Assembly: GCA_943350045.1 (NCBI GenBank)
Contig: CALQZW010000001.1
Span: 9,760 to 73,759, forward strand
DNA length: 64,000 bases
DNA from: Candidatus Nomurabacteria bacterium
Lineage (GTDB): Bacteria; Patescibacteriota; Minisyncoccia; Phycocordibacterales; UBA9973
Direction of reading: 5' to 3'
Each line of letters starts with the position of its first letter. Position 1 is the first letter of the stretch. The position numbers were made by a program, and so were the translations under genes. Under the pieces are notes generated by a model that did no database searches, had not been told where the DNA came from, and saw only the letters and a program-made list of their open reading frames with translations. This document shows, piece by piece, positions 1 to 9,222 of this stretch.

Positions 1-408
1 ACCTTTATCTGAAAGTAATTTCAAAATGATAATCGTACTGCTGAAGGTTAGAGCGATTGATCCATAAATAGAACTTGTCTGGTCATAGCCGAGTCCGCGC
101 ATGATTAAGAATCCAATAACTGAAGTAAATACTACCTGTCCGATTCCTGTAATCAATGATACTTTTCCTGTTTCCTTGATTGCATCTGGGTTTAAGCTCA
201 GACCAACAACGAAAAGAAGAATTGATATTCCGATTTTTGAAAAGAGTTCAATCGACTCAGTCGAGTGAAGAATATCAAGGAAATACGGACCAACGATAAT
301 TCCACTGAGGATGTATCCAACAGCAAGTGGTTGCTTTAAAAGCCTCATGAGGGCTGCGACAAGAGTTGTGATAAGTACTATCACACTGAGTTCTATAAAT
401 ATATGCAT
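1..408 (-). CDS. cation:proton antiporter (CPA2/Kef-type), N-terminal part; 3' end lies beyond the window
   Basis: The reverse translation from the ATG at 406-408 reads MHIFIELSVIVLITTLVAALMRLLKQPLAVGYILSGIIVGPYFLD..., a multi-TM N-terminus typical of Na+/H+ or K+/H+ exchangers. It is absent from the ORF track because it is truncated by the window edge. Confidence 0.6.
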   Translation of the reverse strand, partial: MHIFIELSVIVLITTLVAALMRLLKQPLAVGYILSGIIVGPYFLDILHSTESIELFSKIGISILLFVVGLSLNPDAIKETGKVSLITGIGQVVFTSVIGFLIMRGLGYDQTSSIYGSIALTFSSTIIILKLLSDKG

Positions 409-649
409 GTACCTAGCTTACCAAATGTCCGTCATTAGTGGTATGGGCATATCTGTGTCATAAAACAATTAAACTATCTATTTGTCAATATTAGGTATAT
501 ACTTAGTAAGCAAGATAACTAATCAAGTTGTGCACTCAGACTCACTCCACGTTGTGGTCGGTCAGGTCTGTCTCTGATGTTTGTACTATAGGAATCGCCT
601 TGCGCTCATTCGAGACGCTATTTATTCCGACGTTATTTAAAAAAACTAT

Positions 650-1306
650 ATGAAAAATATGAACTTTACAAAGCGTGCAGCTATTGCTGCAACATGTGCG
701 CTATCTTTGGTAGCAATCATTACTCCATCACTCGCTTCAGCCGCATCACTTACTCGCCAGCTTCAGCTTGGAATGAAGGGTGCTGACGTTTCAACTCTCC
801 AGTCTTTCCTTGCCGTTGATAACACAATCTACCCACAGGGGCTCGTTACTGGATATTTCGGAGGACTAACAAAGTCTGCTGTTTCTAACTTTCAGTCACG
901 CAACAATCTTGCAACTGTAGGACGCGTTGGGCCACAGACACTCGCCGTTATAAACGCCCAGATGGCAGGAGGTGGAGCGGTCTTTGGAGATATTGATGCT
1001 GCAACAATCACAAATCTTTCAGTAAGTCGTTCAAATACATCAGCAAGTATTTTCTGGAACACATCTGAGGAGACACGTGGAGTTGTATATTACAGCACTT
1101 CACCATTAAATGAAACTGAATATGAAAACACTGTAACTGTTGTTGGTGCTATGACAGCAATGACAGATGGCGCATACCGCACATCTCAGAACATTATGCT
1201 CAGTAATCTTCAGTCAAACACAAACTACTACTACCTCGTTCATACAACTGATCAGGCTGGGAACGTAAGTGTTAGTGTTCCACTCATGTTTACTACAGCT
1301 TTCTAA
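650..1306 (+). CDS. secreted protein with a putative peptidoglycan-binding (PG_binding_1-like) domain and an FN3-like C-terminal domain
   Basis: There is a signal peptide (MKNMNFTKRAAIAATCALSLVAIITPSLASA). The block LQLGMKGADVSTLQSFLAVD...GYFGGLTKSAVSNFQ resembles a PG-binding repeat, and the C-terminal half is beta-rich. Confidence 0.55.
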   Translation: MKNMNFTKRAAIAATCALSLVAIITPSLASAASLTRQLQLGMKGADVSTLQSFLAVDNTIYPQGLVTGYFGGLTKSAVSNFQSRNNLATVGRVGPQTLAVINAQMAGGGAVFGDIDAATITNLSVSRSNTSASIFWNTSEETRGVVYYSTSPLNETEYENTVTVVGAMTAMTDGAYRTSQNIMLSNLQSNTNYYYLVHTTDQAGNVSVSVPLMFTTAF

Positions 1307-1315
1307 AGAAAGAAA

Positions 1316-1355
1316 CAAAAACCCCTTAGCGAGAAATCGCTAAGGGGTTTTTCTG
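1316..1355. terminator. bidirectional rho-independent terminator between convergent genes
   Basis: The sequence is aaaaaCCCCTTAGCGagaaatCGCTAAGGGGttttt: a 10-bp GC-rich stem flanked by an A-tract and a T-tract. Confidence 0.8.
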
Positions 1356-1366
1356 TACTCACCGAG

Positions 1367-2065
1367 CTACTTCATCAAGAAACGAAGTGTTGATACCAGA
1401 CGGATCTTCTTGAATTCTGGAGATCCTGGGTCTTTTTCTGTGATATCGAAGACTCCCTGATTTCCACGAGTAACACTTCCAACCGAGGCGTTCGCTGCGT
1501 CTGCAAAGCCCTGAGCCGTTGTCTGAGCGTTTTCAATCGCCTCACTGAGCATTTCTGGCTTAATGCTGTTTAGGTCTGAAATTTCAAATGAAATTGAGTT
1601 CTGGCTCAAAACCACTCCTTTCTTTACGAGAAGCAGTGTGTCGTTTGAACTTGCCTTCACAAGGTCGACTTTGTTTGTGTATACAGAAACCTGGTTTGTT
1701 GCGTTATATCGAAACGCAGCATCTTTGTATGTATCTTGGTAAATGTTTACTGGAGCGACATTAATCTCTGTATCTTCAAATCCTTTTTCTTTTAGGAATG
1801 TTTTGATTGTTCCAATGTTCTTTTCAATGTCTGCATACAAGCCATCGATGTTATTTGATTTAATTTCAAAACTCATTGACCAGATAGCAGTGTCTGCTTT
1901 TACAATTCGCTCTGAGAGACCTTTCACATCTACGTATGAACCTTGTTTAGAAAAGTTTTGAGCACCAAAATATATTGCGACTGAAAGGAGTAATGCGAAC
2001 ACAGAAATTGCGACTGCGATAACGGCGAACCTATTGTCTTTTAAGTTAGTTATATTCATATACAA
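1367..2065 (-). CDS. SIMPL-domain protein (DUF541, YggE-like periplasmic/membrane-anchored protein)
   Basis: It has an N-terminal TM anchor followed by a domain with the typical SIMPL layout (VDVKGLSERIVKADTAIWSMSFE ... AIENAQTTAQGFADAANASVGSV). Confidence 0.6.
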   Translation of the reverse strand: MYMNITNLKDNRFAVIAVAISVFALLLSVAIYFGAQNFSKQGSYVDVKGLSERIVKADTAIWSMSFEIKSNNIDGLYADIEKNIGTIKTFLKEKGFEDTEINVAPVNIYQDTYKDAAFRYNATNQVSVYTNKVDLVKASSNDTLLLVKKGVVLSQNSISFEISDLNSIKPEMLSEAIENAQTTAQGFADAANASVGSVTRGNQGVFDITEKDPGSPEFKKIRLVSTLRFLMK

Positions 2066-2128
2066 AGAGTATACTACAGATACGGCGGATTCGATCGCTT
2101 AGTATAGATAATATAGAGGAGTTACAGT

Positions 2129-2611
2129 ATGGAAAAGAATAAGGGGAATGTATGGGCTATCGCGGGTATCGTCATTGTGCTCGTCGCTGCGGTAATCTTT
2201 GCATTAACCAAACTGCCTGAAGCGCAGCCTGTGGTTGTAGAAGACACTACTTCACTACCAGAAGGAGAGACAGAGGTAGAATCGACATTGGATACTACTG
2301 GGACTCCAACAACAACGGCTCCTGTAACAATTTCATACGCCAATGCGTTGACTCAATACAAAGACCGTAGAATCCAGCTCGACACAGTGTGTCAGGCTCA
2401 CCCAAACACAATCACTTACAAAGACAACACAGGTATCATGATCGACAACCGATCGAGCAAGACTCGCACGGTGAAAATTGGAACTACGTTTACAATCAAG
2501 CCATACGGCTTCAAGATTTTTGTTCTCCCAAACATCACGACTGCACCACGCACTATTCTCGTAGATTGTGATACATCTCAGAACGTTGCGACTATTCTCG
2601 TTCAGGAGTAA
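2129..2611 (+). CDS. membrane-anchored hypothetical protein with a Thr/Pro-rich linker
   Basis: There is a single N-terminal TM helix (WAIAGIVIVLVAAVIFAL), then a low-complexity T/E-rich segment and a beta-rich C-terminal domain. Confidence 0.5.
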   Translation: MEKNKGNVWAIAGIVIVLVAAVIFALTKLPEAQPVVVEDTTSLPEGETEVESTLDTTGTPTTTAPVTISYANALTQYKDRRIQLDTVCQAHPNTITYKDNTGIMIDNRSSKTRTVKIGTTFTIKPYGFKIFVLPNITTAPRTILVDCDTSQNVATILVQE

Positions 2612-2695
2612 GGTATTCTCTATAGTTGACGAACCTATGGTTTGTAGTGTAATATGAATGTAACCTTCATTCAATAAAAACAAAAACACTTACAC

Positions 2696-2917
2696 ATGGA
2701 CAATCGAACTTTGGCACTTTACGAAAAGTGCAAGGAGAAGAATCCCGAGTTGTCAGAAAAAGACTTTCTGAAAGCACGAGGAGAAGCTTTGAACAAAGCC
2801 TCAACTGCTCCGCCTCCGCATATGGTATTTTTGCATGGCACTTTGACTCCTGTACTAAACGGAGAAGAACGCAAAGAGGTCTTCTTGGCCAACAAAGAAG
2901 ATGATGATGAAGATTAA
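2696..2917 (+). CDS. small hypothetical protein with an acidic C-terminus
   Basis: The 73-aa ORF is followed immediately by a strong terminator hairpin at 2940-2969. Confidence 0.45.
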   Translation: MDNRTLALYEKCKEKNPELSEKDFLKARGEALNKASTAPPPHMVFLHGTLTPVLNGEERKEVFLANKEDDDED

Positions 2918-2939
2918 GTAGTAACTTAGTTGATGATGA

Positions 2940-2969
2940 CTCCTAAACAGAAATGTTTAGGAGTTTTTA
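2940..2969. terminator. bidirectional rho-independent terminator
   Basis: The sequence is CTCCTAAACAgaaaTGTTTAGGAGttttt, and it overlaps the stop of the minus-strand gene 2967..3602. Confidence 0.75.
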
Positions 2970-3602
2970 TATTCTCTCAACTTTTTTCTCACCACCTATC
3001 ATGTATTCAATATTCTCATTATCTACCCAGCGCAAGAAAATATGTGTAGGATCGGTTTCAGTATTCGCATATGTTTGCAGTACAGTAAGGCTTTCTGTCT
3101 CTACTACAGTAAAGCCACACACGTTTTCAAAACAGCGTTCTTTATATACGAACGCCTCTCCATTTGGAGAAAAATCCCCGAACTCGTTACCGAGATAGTA
3201 GTTTGTAAGGATTGAAACTACTCCGGTATCTTTCGAGAAAAAACCGACAGCGGTGTCGGGTGAGAGCTCGTCTGTCTCAACTACAAAGCCCACGGATCTT
3301 CCGTCTGGAGAAAGCACGATGTCTGTAAATCGGGTATGTTGGATATATGTAGCAATGTCTGAACAGAACGCTCTTCGTGTAGTAGTGTTTCCGATATTAC
3401 TTTCGTCACACATTCCCGTGCTTGGGTCTCTAAAAAACTGCACGATAGTTGGATGTTCTATTTCAAGCAGTACAGATTCATTTTCAATAATACTCTTTTT
3501 GTCTGTAGATAGAGTTGGGGGAGTGCTTGGGGTTTTGAAATAGAGTGCTACGGCTACAACCGCCAAGCCGGCAAATACGGTCGCGAGGAATATTTTTTTC
3601 AT
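2967..3602 (-). CDS. secreted hypothetical protein
   Basis: The ORF-track frame 2967..3962 was trimmed to the internal start MKKIFLATVFAGLAVVAVALYF (ATG at 3602), which gives a signal peptide or TM anchor. The upstream extension would overlap a well-supported plus-strand gene. Confidence 0.55.
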   Translation of the reverse strand: MKKIFLATVFAGLAVVAVALYFKTPSTPPTLSTDKKSIIENESVLLEIEHPTIVQFFRDPSTGMCDESNIGNTTTRRAFCSDIATYIQHTRFTDIVLSPDGRSVGFVVETDELSPDTAVGFFSKDTGVVSILTNYYLGNEFGDFSPNGEAFVYKERCFENVCGFTVVETESLTVLQTYANTETDPTHIFLRWVDNENIEYMIGGEKKVERI

Positions 3603-3651
3603 AGGTATAGTATATATAATAATTGAGGTATTTGTTACACTATACGCACGT

Positions 3652-3882
3652 ATGGCACATTCACTTCCAGCTGATTTGCAAAAATCCCTTGCATCTAATT
3701 CCAAGGCACTTGCCGCTTGGCACGATATTACTGCACTTGCCCGCAATGAATGGATTTGCTGGGTTACGTCCGCTAAATTGCCCGAGACAAGAGTTCGTAG
3801 GATACAGAGAGTCTGTGAGGACTTACAAAAAGGTAAGCGCCGGCCATGTTGCTGGGCGGGGTGCGTGCATAGAAAAAAGTAA
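3652..3882 (+). CDS. YdeI/OmpD-associated (OmdA) family small protein
   Basis: The C-terminal motif WICWVTSAKLPETRVRRIQRVCEDL is characteristic of this family (memory-based). Confidence 0.55.
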   Translation: MAHSLPADLQKSLASNSKALAAWHDITALARNEWICWVTSAKLPETRVRRIQRVCEDLQKGKRRPCCWAGCVHRKK

Positions 3883-3950
3883 TAGCTATATTTTAATACC
3901 ACATTGATTTTCTTTGTAAAATATGAATAATGAACGTAAACGTATAACAT

Positions 3951-4451
3951 ATGAAAACACAAATCATGGGGATAACTGAAGAGTTATTGCTCGAAATTTT
4001 AAGTATTGGTACTAAGGTTTTTGAAAGCTTCGGAGATGTTGATGATCAAATTCCAGCCAGTATAGAAGCCTATGATAAGCATATGGCTTTGCATTCCAAG
4101 TCATTTATTTGTAAGTTGGATGATTCAGGGGAGCTTGTGGGTTGGGCGGTCGCAGTGCCCACGTCTAAGTTGCTCGCCCAAAAATTCCTCGATGGTGCGA
4201 TTACCGAAAAGGAATTATTTGATGAAACTGAGCCGAGTGACCGCTATGAAGCACTCTATTTGTGCTTCGCGTTTGTTGTAGAAAAAGAACGAAAAAAGCA
4301 CCACGCGCGAGACATGTTCCTAGAGATATTTGAGAGTGTCCCGCTCTCAGATGATGCCACTATTTTTATCTGGCCCGTAAGCGACGACGGGAGAAAGTTT
4401 ACGAAAAAATTCGCCCTCGAAATTGATTTACCTATTCACATTCGTGAATAG
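3951..4451 (+). CDS. hypothetical protein
   Basis: This is a 166-aa ORF with plausible composition and no motif I recognise. Confidence 0.4.
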   Translation: MKTQIMGITEELLLEILSIGTKVFESFGDVDDQIPASIEAYDKHMALHSKSFICKLDDSGELVGWAVAVPTSKLLAQKFLDGAITEKELFDETEPSDRYEALYLCFAFVVEKERKKHHARDMFLEIFESVPLSDDATIFIWPVSDDGRKFTKKFALEIDLPIHIRE

Positions 4452-4492
4452 GTGAAAAAAAGTTCAACCAGTTTAGTAATGAGCTGGTTTTT

Positions 4493-4723
4493 TTATGCTT
4501 TCTTTAGAAACTCTGTACGAAGTACGAGTCCTTTCATTCCGTCGACGTTGCATTCGATGAGTTCTTCGTCATCAGTCAGGCGAATATTTTTTGCCTTTGT
4601 TCCACGCTTGAGGGTGACTGATGTTCCTTTTACTTTCAAATCTTTCACAAGCATGACGGTATCGCCGTTTGCGAGTACTGTGCCGTGTGCGTCTTTTGTG
4701 ATGATTATATCTTCTGATTCCAT
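4493..4723 (-). CDS. PhnA-like C-terminal domain protein (YjdC/PhnA family)
   Basis: The 76-aa sequence ...VLANGDTVMLVKDLKVKGTSVTLKRGTKAKNIRLTDDEELIECNVDGMKGLVLRTEFLKKA matches the conserved PhnA C-terminal beta domain. Confidence 0.6.
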   Translation of the reverse strand: MESEDIIITKDAHGTVLANGDTVMLVKDLKVKGTSVTLKRGTKAKNIRLTDDEELIECNVDGMKGLVLRTEFLKKA

Positions 4724-4744
4724 AGGATTGCATCATAGCATAGT

Positions 4745-5257
4745 TTGCGTGGTACCATGGAATATATGAGTAAAAAACACCTGTATTGGTTTGTTGGAAT
4801 TTTCGCAGTCGTCGCGCTTGCGTGGGTGCTTTTCGGATATTTTGGCGTGCAGTATCTGTTTACCGAAACCGTTGTTTCTGAAGAAGTTACGATGGAAGCA
4901 AAAACCACTGTGGCAGATGGAGTATTTGTTCAAGGGGATAGTACATATTCAATTTCTGGAGCAGTGAGTGTTATCGAAGACTCTGAAACTCGCATGCTTG
5001 CTCTGACAGATTTTACTGTAACGAACGGTCCAGACCTTTTTGTATACATTGTTTCTTCTGAGAGTGATGAAAATCGGAGTGTTAAAAATGCAGTGAGTGA
5101 GGGCAAGTTTGTAAACCTCGGACCACTCAAGGGAAATATTGGAAATCAAACGTATCAAATTCCAGAAGGGGTAGTTACTGATGAAAACACAGTCGTAAGC
5201 ATTTGGTGTAAACGATTTTCAAGAAACTTTGGTGCGTCAAAAATTGTTTTGAAATAG
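4745..5257 (+). CDS. DM13-domain membrane-anchored protein
   Basis: There is an N-terminal TM helix. The block FTVTNGPDLFVYIV ... and the C-terminal IWCKRF resemble DM13 (memory-based). The start could also be the ATG at 4766. Confidence 0.45.
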   Translation: MRGTMEYMSKKHLYWFVGIFAVVALAWVLFGYFGVQYLFTETVVSEEVTMEAKTTVADGVFVQGDSTYSISGAVSVIEDSETRMLALTDFTVTNGPDLFVYIVSSESDENRSVKNAVSEGKFVNLGPLKGNIGNQTYQIPEGVVTDENTVVSIWCKRFSRNFGASKIVLK

Positions 5258-5306
5258 TGTGTCTGTCTCTCGATTAGAGCTATATTGCATGTATAGTAAA
5301 GAAAAC

Positions 5307-5675
5307 CTACCGAAGTAGGTTTATATTCTCAATTACTGACAGCGGAATCGTGAGTGTCATCCCGCTTGGTCGGCTTGGACATGTCCAGATTTGTATGGAT
5401 GTGTCATCGTACGCAGTCGCGTCTCCTCGTATTCGTTCTTTCTTGATTACAGTAACATCATCATTTGTTACTGTTTGCAACTCACACAAAAGATGAATTT
5501 TCTTATCAGCCCCAAGGAGGTGGGTATCATACTCATCTGGGTAATTTTTTCGGAGGTATCCATGTGCCTCATTTTTGAACACCAACCAGAGATTTAGTTT
5601 TTCTTCTTGTATGTAGCGAAGAATTATTACACGCTCTTTATCTGTCGCGTTTCGAAAGGTTACATTTTCTCTCAT
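5307..5675 (-). CDS. hypothetical protein
   Basis: This is a 122-aa ORF with no recognisable motif. Confidence 0.4.
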   Translation of the reverse strand: MRENVTFRNATDKERVIILRYIQEEKLNLWLVFKNEAHGYLRKNYPDEYDTHLLGADKKIHLLCELQTVTNDDVTVIKKERIRGDATAYDDTSIQIWTCPSRPSGMTLTIPLSVIENINLLR

Positions 5676-5797
5676 GTAGTTTAAGTTTATTGAATGAACA
5701 TATTATGAGAGATAGTATCGTACAAAAGAAGAGATGTAAATGAATAAAAAAAAGACTGGCAAATGGCGCCAGTCTTTAGAAGGGTTTAGTCCTCGTG

Positions 5798-6691
5798 TTA
5801 TAGCGAAGAAATATGTCCAATCATCCTTTCTTGAATCCATTCTCGTATTATTTTTTGAGAAGAATCGAGTAGGCTCTGAATCGTTTTTCTTTCTTGGTTC
5901 GAAAACATCGTTTCGTACACTGTCCTCTCTTGTCTGCCAGCTGGGCTGTAAGGAAACATTATTCTGTATAGTTTACCTCTGACAATATCTTCTATGTTTC
6001 GAAGAGAGAAGTCTTCTATCGGAGATAGCATTACAGAAAGCTCCTGGAATCTTTCATCAACCACGAGATTCTCAATATCTGCACATCGTGTAGATGTAAG
6101 CATTTTCTCGAATACATTTTTAATGTATTTCGCGTGAATTGGCGTAATTTCCTTCTGTGCATGAAGTTCAGTTACTTCTCTCAATGTCTTGCGTCCAAAG
6201 TTTCGGAACGCAAGAAGTTCTTCAGTACTATAAAGTAGTACTTCGTAGTTGTATACTATTTTCTCCGCACTAAAGCAATTGTATGCTCTGACTGAATAGT
6301 CGTAAGCGGTATTAATTCTACCGCAGAGAAAACCTCTCACCTCTGGGCTGATTTCTATGGAAAGAATCGTCTTTTCTCCTCTTAAAATGGCGAGTGCTCT
6401 GTTGAAGCATTCAATAATCAGCGCGCTTACATTTTCAGCTCTCACTCCAGGCATCCTGCTCTGTATTTCTTCTTTTGTTATAAGTACTTGCTCGTCAGGG
6501 GAGTTTAATGTATCTCCTAGGCGGAATGTCTTACTTTTTGTGTTGACAATAATCGTGCATTTGTCCATGTTTATTTGTTTTTTGTGAATGAATGTATCTT
6601 GGTGGATACTACAATATTCTGCTATTTTGTCAACAAATGCTTCTTGTAGAATCGCTATTTTCTGTTTCGTCATTTTTGACTCGTCAGACAA
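5798..6691 (-). CDS. hypothetical protein containing an RNA polymerase alpha-subunit CTD-like helix-hairpin-helix motif
   Basis: The internal segment VRAYNCFSAEKIVYNYEVLLYSTEELLAFRNFGRKTLREVTEL parallels the RpoA alpha-CTD consensus VRSANCLK..I.Y..DL....E.ELLK..NLGKKSL.EI. Confidence 0.5.
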   Translation of the reverse strand: MSDESKMTKQKIAILQEAFVDKIAEYCSIHQDTFIHKKQINMDKCTIIVNTKSKTFRLGDTLNSPDEQVLITKEEIQSRMPGVRAENVSALIIECFNRALAILRGEKTILSIEISPEVRGFLCGRINTAYDYSVRAYNCFSAEKIVYNYEVLLYSTEELLAFRNFGRKTLREVTELHAQKEITPIHAKYIKNVFEKMLTSTRCADIENLVVDERFQELSVMLSPIEDFSLRNIEDIVRGKLYRIMFPYSPAGRQERTVYETMFSNQERKTIQSLLDSSQKIIREWIQERMIGHISSL

Positions 6692-6751
6692 GAATACACA
6701 TTCCTTTATGGTCCCGGATTGTTAGCTGTCCATGAGCGGATTGCTGCAGAA

Positions 6752-6784
6752 AGATAAAAACGGAGTCTGTTGAGGACTCCGTTT
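6752..6784 (-). terminator. rho-independent terminator for the 6801..8081 gene
   Basis: The sequence is AACGGAGTCtgttgagGACTCCGTT; the minus-strand reading is followed by a T-tract. Confidence 0.6.
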
Positions 6785-6800
6785 CTTGTTTCATAAATAA

Positions 6801-8081
6801 TTAGTTTATTCGAATATAGTAGTACACTGAGACGTTCTTTGGGCGGGTTTCTTCGCCACCGGTTGAATTAGTGGTATAAGTAAACGGACCCCATGCATAT
6901 TCTGACTTTGAACCCTTTCCGCTAACATTCTTTTTTTCACCAGACTTATAGGTGTGAGAATGACTCTTAATTTCATCACTTTGATATTGACCACGCTTCA
7001 TGTTTTGAGGATTCGCTTGACCAGATGACACTACTGCCTGTTCTTGTATGTCGAACTGGTTTAGTCCTCGAAGAAATACTCCGCGCAGATCTGGTGCGTT
7101 TGCCCCAATAGATCCAGCCCATAGTTCATGGTATTTCGATCCCATAAGCAAGCGACCGTCGCACGGTGCCCACTTACTTTTTTTAGGTGACCAGACCCCG
7201 CTACGAGCATTATTTTTTGTAAGTTTTGAAAAAGCATCAAAGTCAAGCATGGAAGCGATTACAGTCCCTATTGGAAGATTACTCCCGTTTGCATTTTCCT
7301 CGCTTTCTACTCTTTTTACTATAGACAAACCATTACTGGTATTTAGGGCAATAAGGAACTCCTCACCAGGAATTCTTGTTGCTGTAAAAGCAATTCCATC
7401 TGCTAGTGGAGTACCTTTTCGTAGGCGTCCTTTCAGGAGCTCTTGCTTGTCTATTTCACTAATTCCCAAAAGGTCAACTGATGAAATGAGAGGTTTCCTG
7501 TCATTGCTTGAGACTGCCTTGTATCTGATGGTTACTTCAATGGTTTTTTCGCCATTAGCCATGATTGAGAGGCCAAAATTTTCCTTAATTGCAAGACAAT
7601 TATTGAATGCCTCCGCTAGCTCGATATCAAGAGTTGAACGTGATATGGTTGAAAAAGTTTCGAGTCTTACTTCCACGGAAGTAGCTTTCTGTATTTTTTC
7701 TTGAAACTGTTTCAATTTGTCTTCACTTGCACCAGCATCTAAGCCAATAGGAATACCATCTGTTACGATTGATATGCCCCCGTTCCACTTTCCATTTTTG
7801 TAGTCGCTCTTGAATTTTTCTGACAAAAAATAGCTTCGACTATCTGAAAAAAAAGATAGACCGTTTTGGTCTACGTAATTGTTTCTCAATCCATCGGAGA
7901 GTAGTGTGAGGCATGGGTCAAGTTCTCCATAGCTCGACTTCATCCCGACGGACGTAAATTTCTTTATCTGTGTGACTTTGGGTGTCACCAATCTTTGTTG
8001 TGACTGCCCAAAAGTGGCAGTGCTGCCAATAGACATTACTACGAGGCTCAATAGAGCTGACTTTCTTAATAGTCTCTTCAT
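6801..8081 (-). CDS. secreted protein with a C-terminal phage tail-collar (MdpB-like) domain
   Basis: There is a signal peptide (MKRLLRKSALLSLVVMSIGSTATFG). The C-terminus has WAPCDGRLLMGSKYHELWAGSIGANAPDLRGVFLRG, then SHSHTY, then GGEETRPKNVSVYYYIRIN. These match the collar-domain consensus W.CDG..L....Y..L...IG...PDLRG.F.RG ... MPSHTH ... GG..HNNMPPYL.LNYII. Confidence 0.6.
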   Translation of the reverse strand: MKRLLRKSALLSLVVMSIGSTATFGQSQQRLVTPKVTQIKKFTSVGMKSSYGELDPCLTLLSDGLRNNYVDQNGLSFFSDSRSYFLSEKFKSDYKNGKWNGGISIVTDGIPIGLDAGASEDKLKQFQEKIQKATSVEVRLETFSTISRSTLDIELAEAFNNCLAIKENFGLSIMANGEKTIEVTIRYKAVSSNDRKPLISSVDLLGISEIDKQELLKGRLRKGTPLADGIAFTATRIPGEEFLIALNTSNGLSIVKRVESEENANGSNLPIGTVIASMLDFDAFSKLTKNNARSGVWSPKKSKWAPCDGRLLMGSKYHELWAGSIGANAPDLRGVFLRGLNQFDIQEQAVVSSGQANPQNMKRGQYQSDEIKSHSHTYKSGEKKNVSGKGSKSEYAWGPFTYTTNSTGGEETRPKNVSVYYYIRIN

Positions 8082-8177
8082 TTTTTTGATTTTTAAAGTA
8101 TGAATCGGAATTAATTCAGCTACACTAAAGCATTTATTTTAAAAAATGTCAATATATAATCTGCCTTACTGAATGTT

Positions 8178-8678
8178 ATGTACTCACAAAAAAACAGTTT
8201 ATACTATCTACCTATGGAAAAAATACACACATCAATTGTAATTAATGCTCCGCGCGAAAAGGTATGGAACACCATGCTCGAAGACGCGACATACCGACAG
8301 TGGACAAGTGCCTTTCACCCAGGCTCGTATTACAAAGGGACTCTTGCGAAAGGTGAAAAAATACTCTTTCTCGGACCAGATGCCGAAGGGGAGATGGGAA
8401 TGGTTAGTCGTGTAGCAGATATTCGTCCGTTCGAATTCATTTCATTTGAACATCTTGGAATTGTAAAAAACGGAGTTGAAGACACGGAGAGTCCGGAAGC
8501 CACATTATGGGGCTCTGCGTTTGAGAACTATACGTTCAAGGATGTCGATGGAGGAACAGAGGTGGTGATTGATCAGGATATTATCTCGCAGTATAAAGAT
8601 GAGTTCGAGAAAATGTGGGCGAGCGCACTGGGGCTTTTGAAGCAGTTGGCGGAGAATAAAGATGAACTTATTCGGTAG
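8178..8678 (+). CDS. SRPBCC-superfamily protein (AHSA1/polyketide cyclase-like)
   Basis: HTSIVINAPREKVWNTMLEDATYRQWTSAF is the typical N-terminus of the Aha1/SRPBCC fold. The real start may be MEKIHTS at 8214. Confidence 0.55.
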   Translation: MYSQKNSLYYLPMEKIHTSIVINAPREKVWNTMLEDATYRQWTSAFHPGSYYKGTLAKGEKILFLGPDAEGEMGMVSRVADIRPFEFISFEHLGIVKNGVEDTESPEATLWGSAFENYTFKDVDGGTEVVIDQDIISQYKDEFEKMWASALGLLKQLAENKDELIR

Positions 8679-8732
8679 TTCTATGCTCATTTTGAAGTAT
8701 AATTAGCACATTAGCAGTCAATAAAGAAAACT

Positions 8733-9083
8733 ATGACAACACTAGAAATAGCAAACAGATTGGTAGAACTTTGTCGCGCAAATAATTTTGAAGGAGCATG
8801 GGATGAGCTTTTTGCGCCAGGCTGGGAGACTCACGAGCTTGCAGAGTGGGGTGGAGGAGTGCGACACGGCATAGAAGAAGCAACAGCTGCGTCAGACGAG
8901 TGGAAGTCAGATATTGCAGAGATGCATGAAATGACTATCAGTGATCCGATTGTTGCCGATGATAGTTTTGCTTGCGTTATGTCTATGGATATTACGAGCA
9001 AGACTCGTGGTAGAAATAAAGAATCTGAAATCTGTGTGTATAAAATCAAAGACGGAAAGATCGTTAGTGAAAGTTTTTTTTAA
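8733..9083 (+). CDS. SnoaL-like/NTF2-fold protein
   Basis: The size and the hydrophobic pattern of the N-terminal helix (ANRLVELCRANNFEGAWDELFAPGW) fit an NTF2-like fold. A terminator follows at 9101-9130. Confidence 0.4.
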   Translation: MTTLEIANRLVELCRANNFEGAWDELFAPGWETHELAEWGGGVRHGIEEATAASDEWKSDIAEMHEMTISDPIVADDSFACVMSMDITSKTRGRNKESEICVYKIKDGKIVSESFF

Positions 9084-9100
9084 GATAATGAGTAATAAAT

Positions 9101-9130
9101 AAAACCACCTTCCTCGGGTGGTTTTTTAGT
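9101..9130 (+). terminator. rho-independent terminator
   Basis: The sequence is AACCACCttcctcgGGTGGTTtttt. Confidence 0.75.
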
Positions 9131-9222
9131 ATCTATTTTAGGATACATAATCCGTACGCTGGATTACTCTTGTAAAACAAAATAAAAGGCTGACAAAATA
9201 TGCCAGCCTTAATGCACTAATT

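Noticed and set aside
4452-4769. 105-aa plus-strand ORF
   Set aside because: It is antisense to the PhnA-like gene (4493..4723), which has a conserved family signature, and its Ser-rich low-complexity translation is unconvincing.
7048-7704. 218-aa ORF on the plus strand
   Set aside because: It lies entirely antisense to the well-supported secreted collar-domain gene 6801..8081. It is Ser/Pro/Arg-rich with a low-complexity translation, as expected of a shadow ORF.
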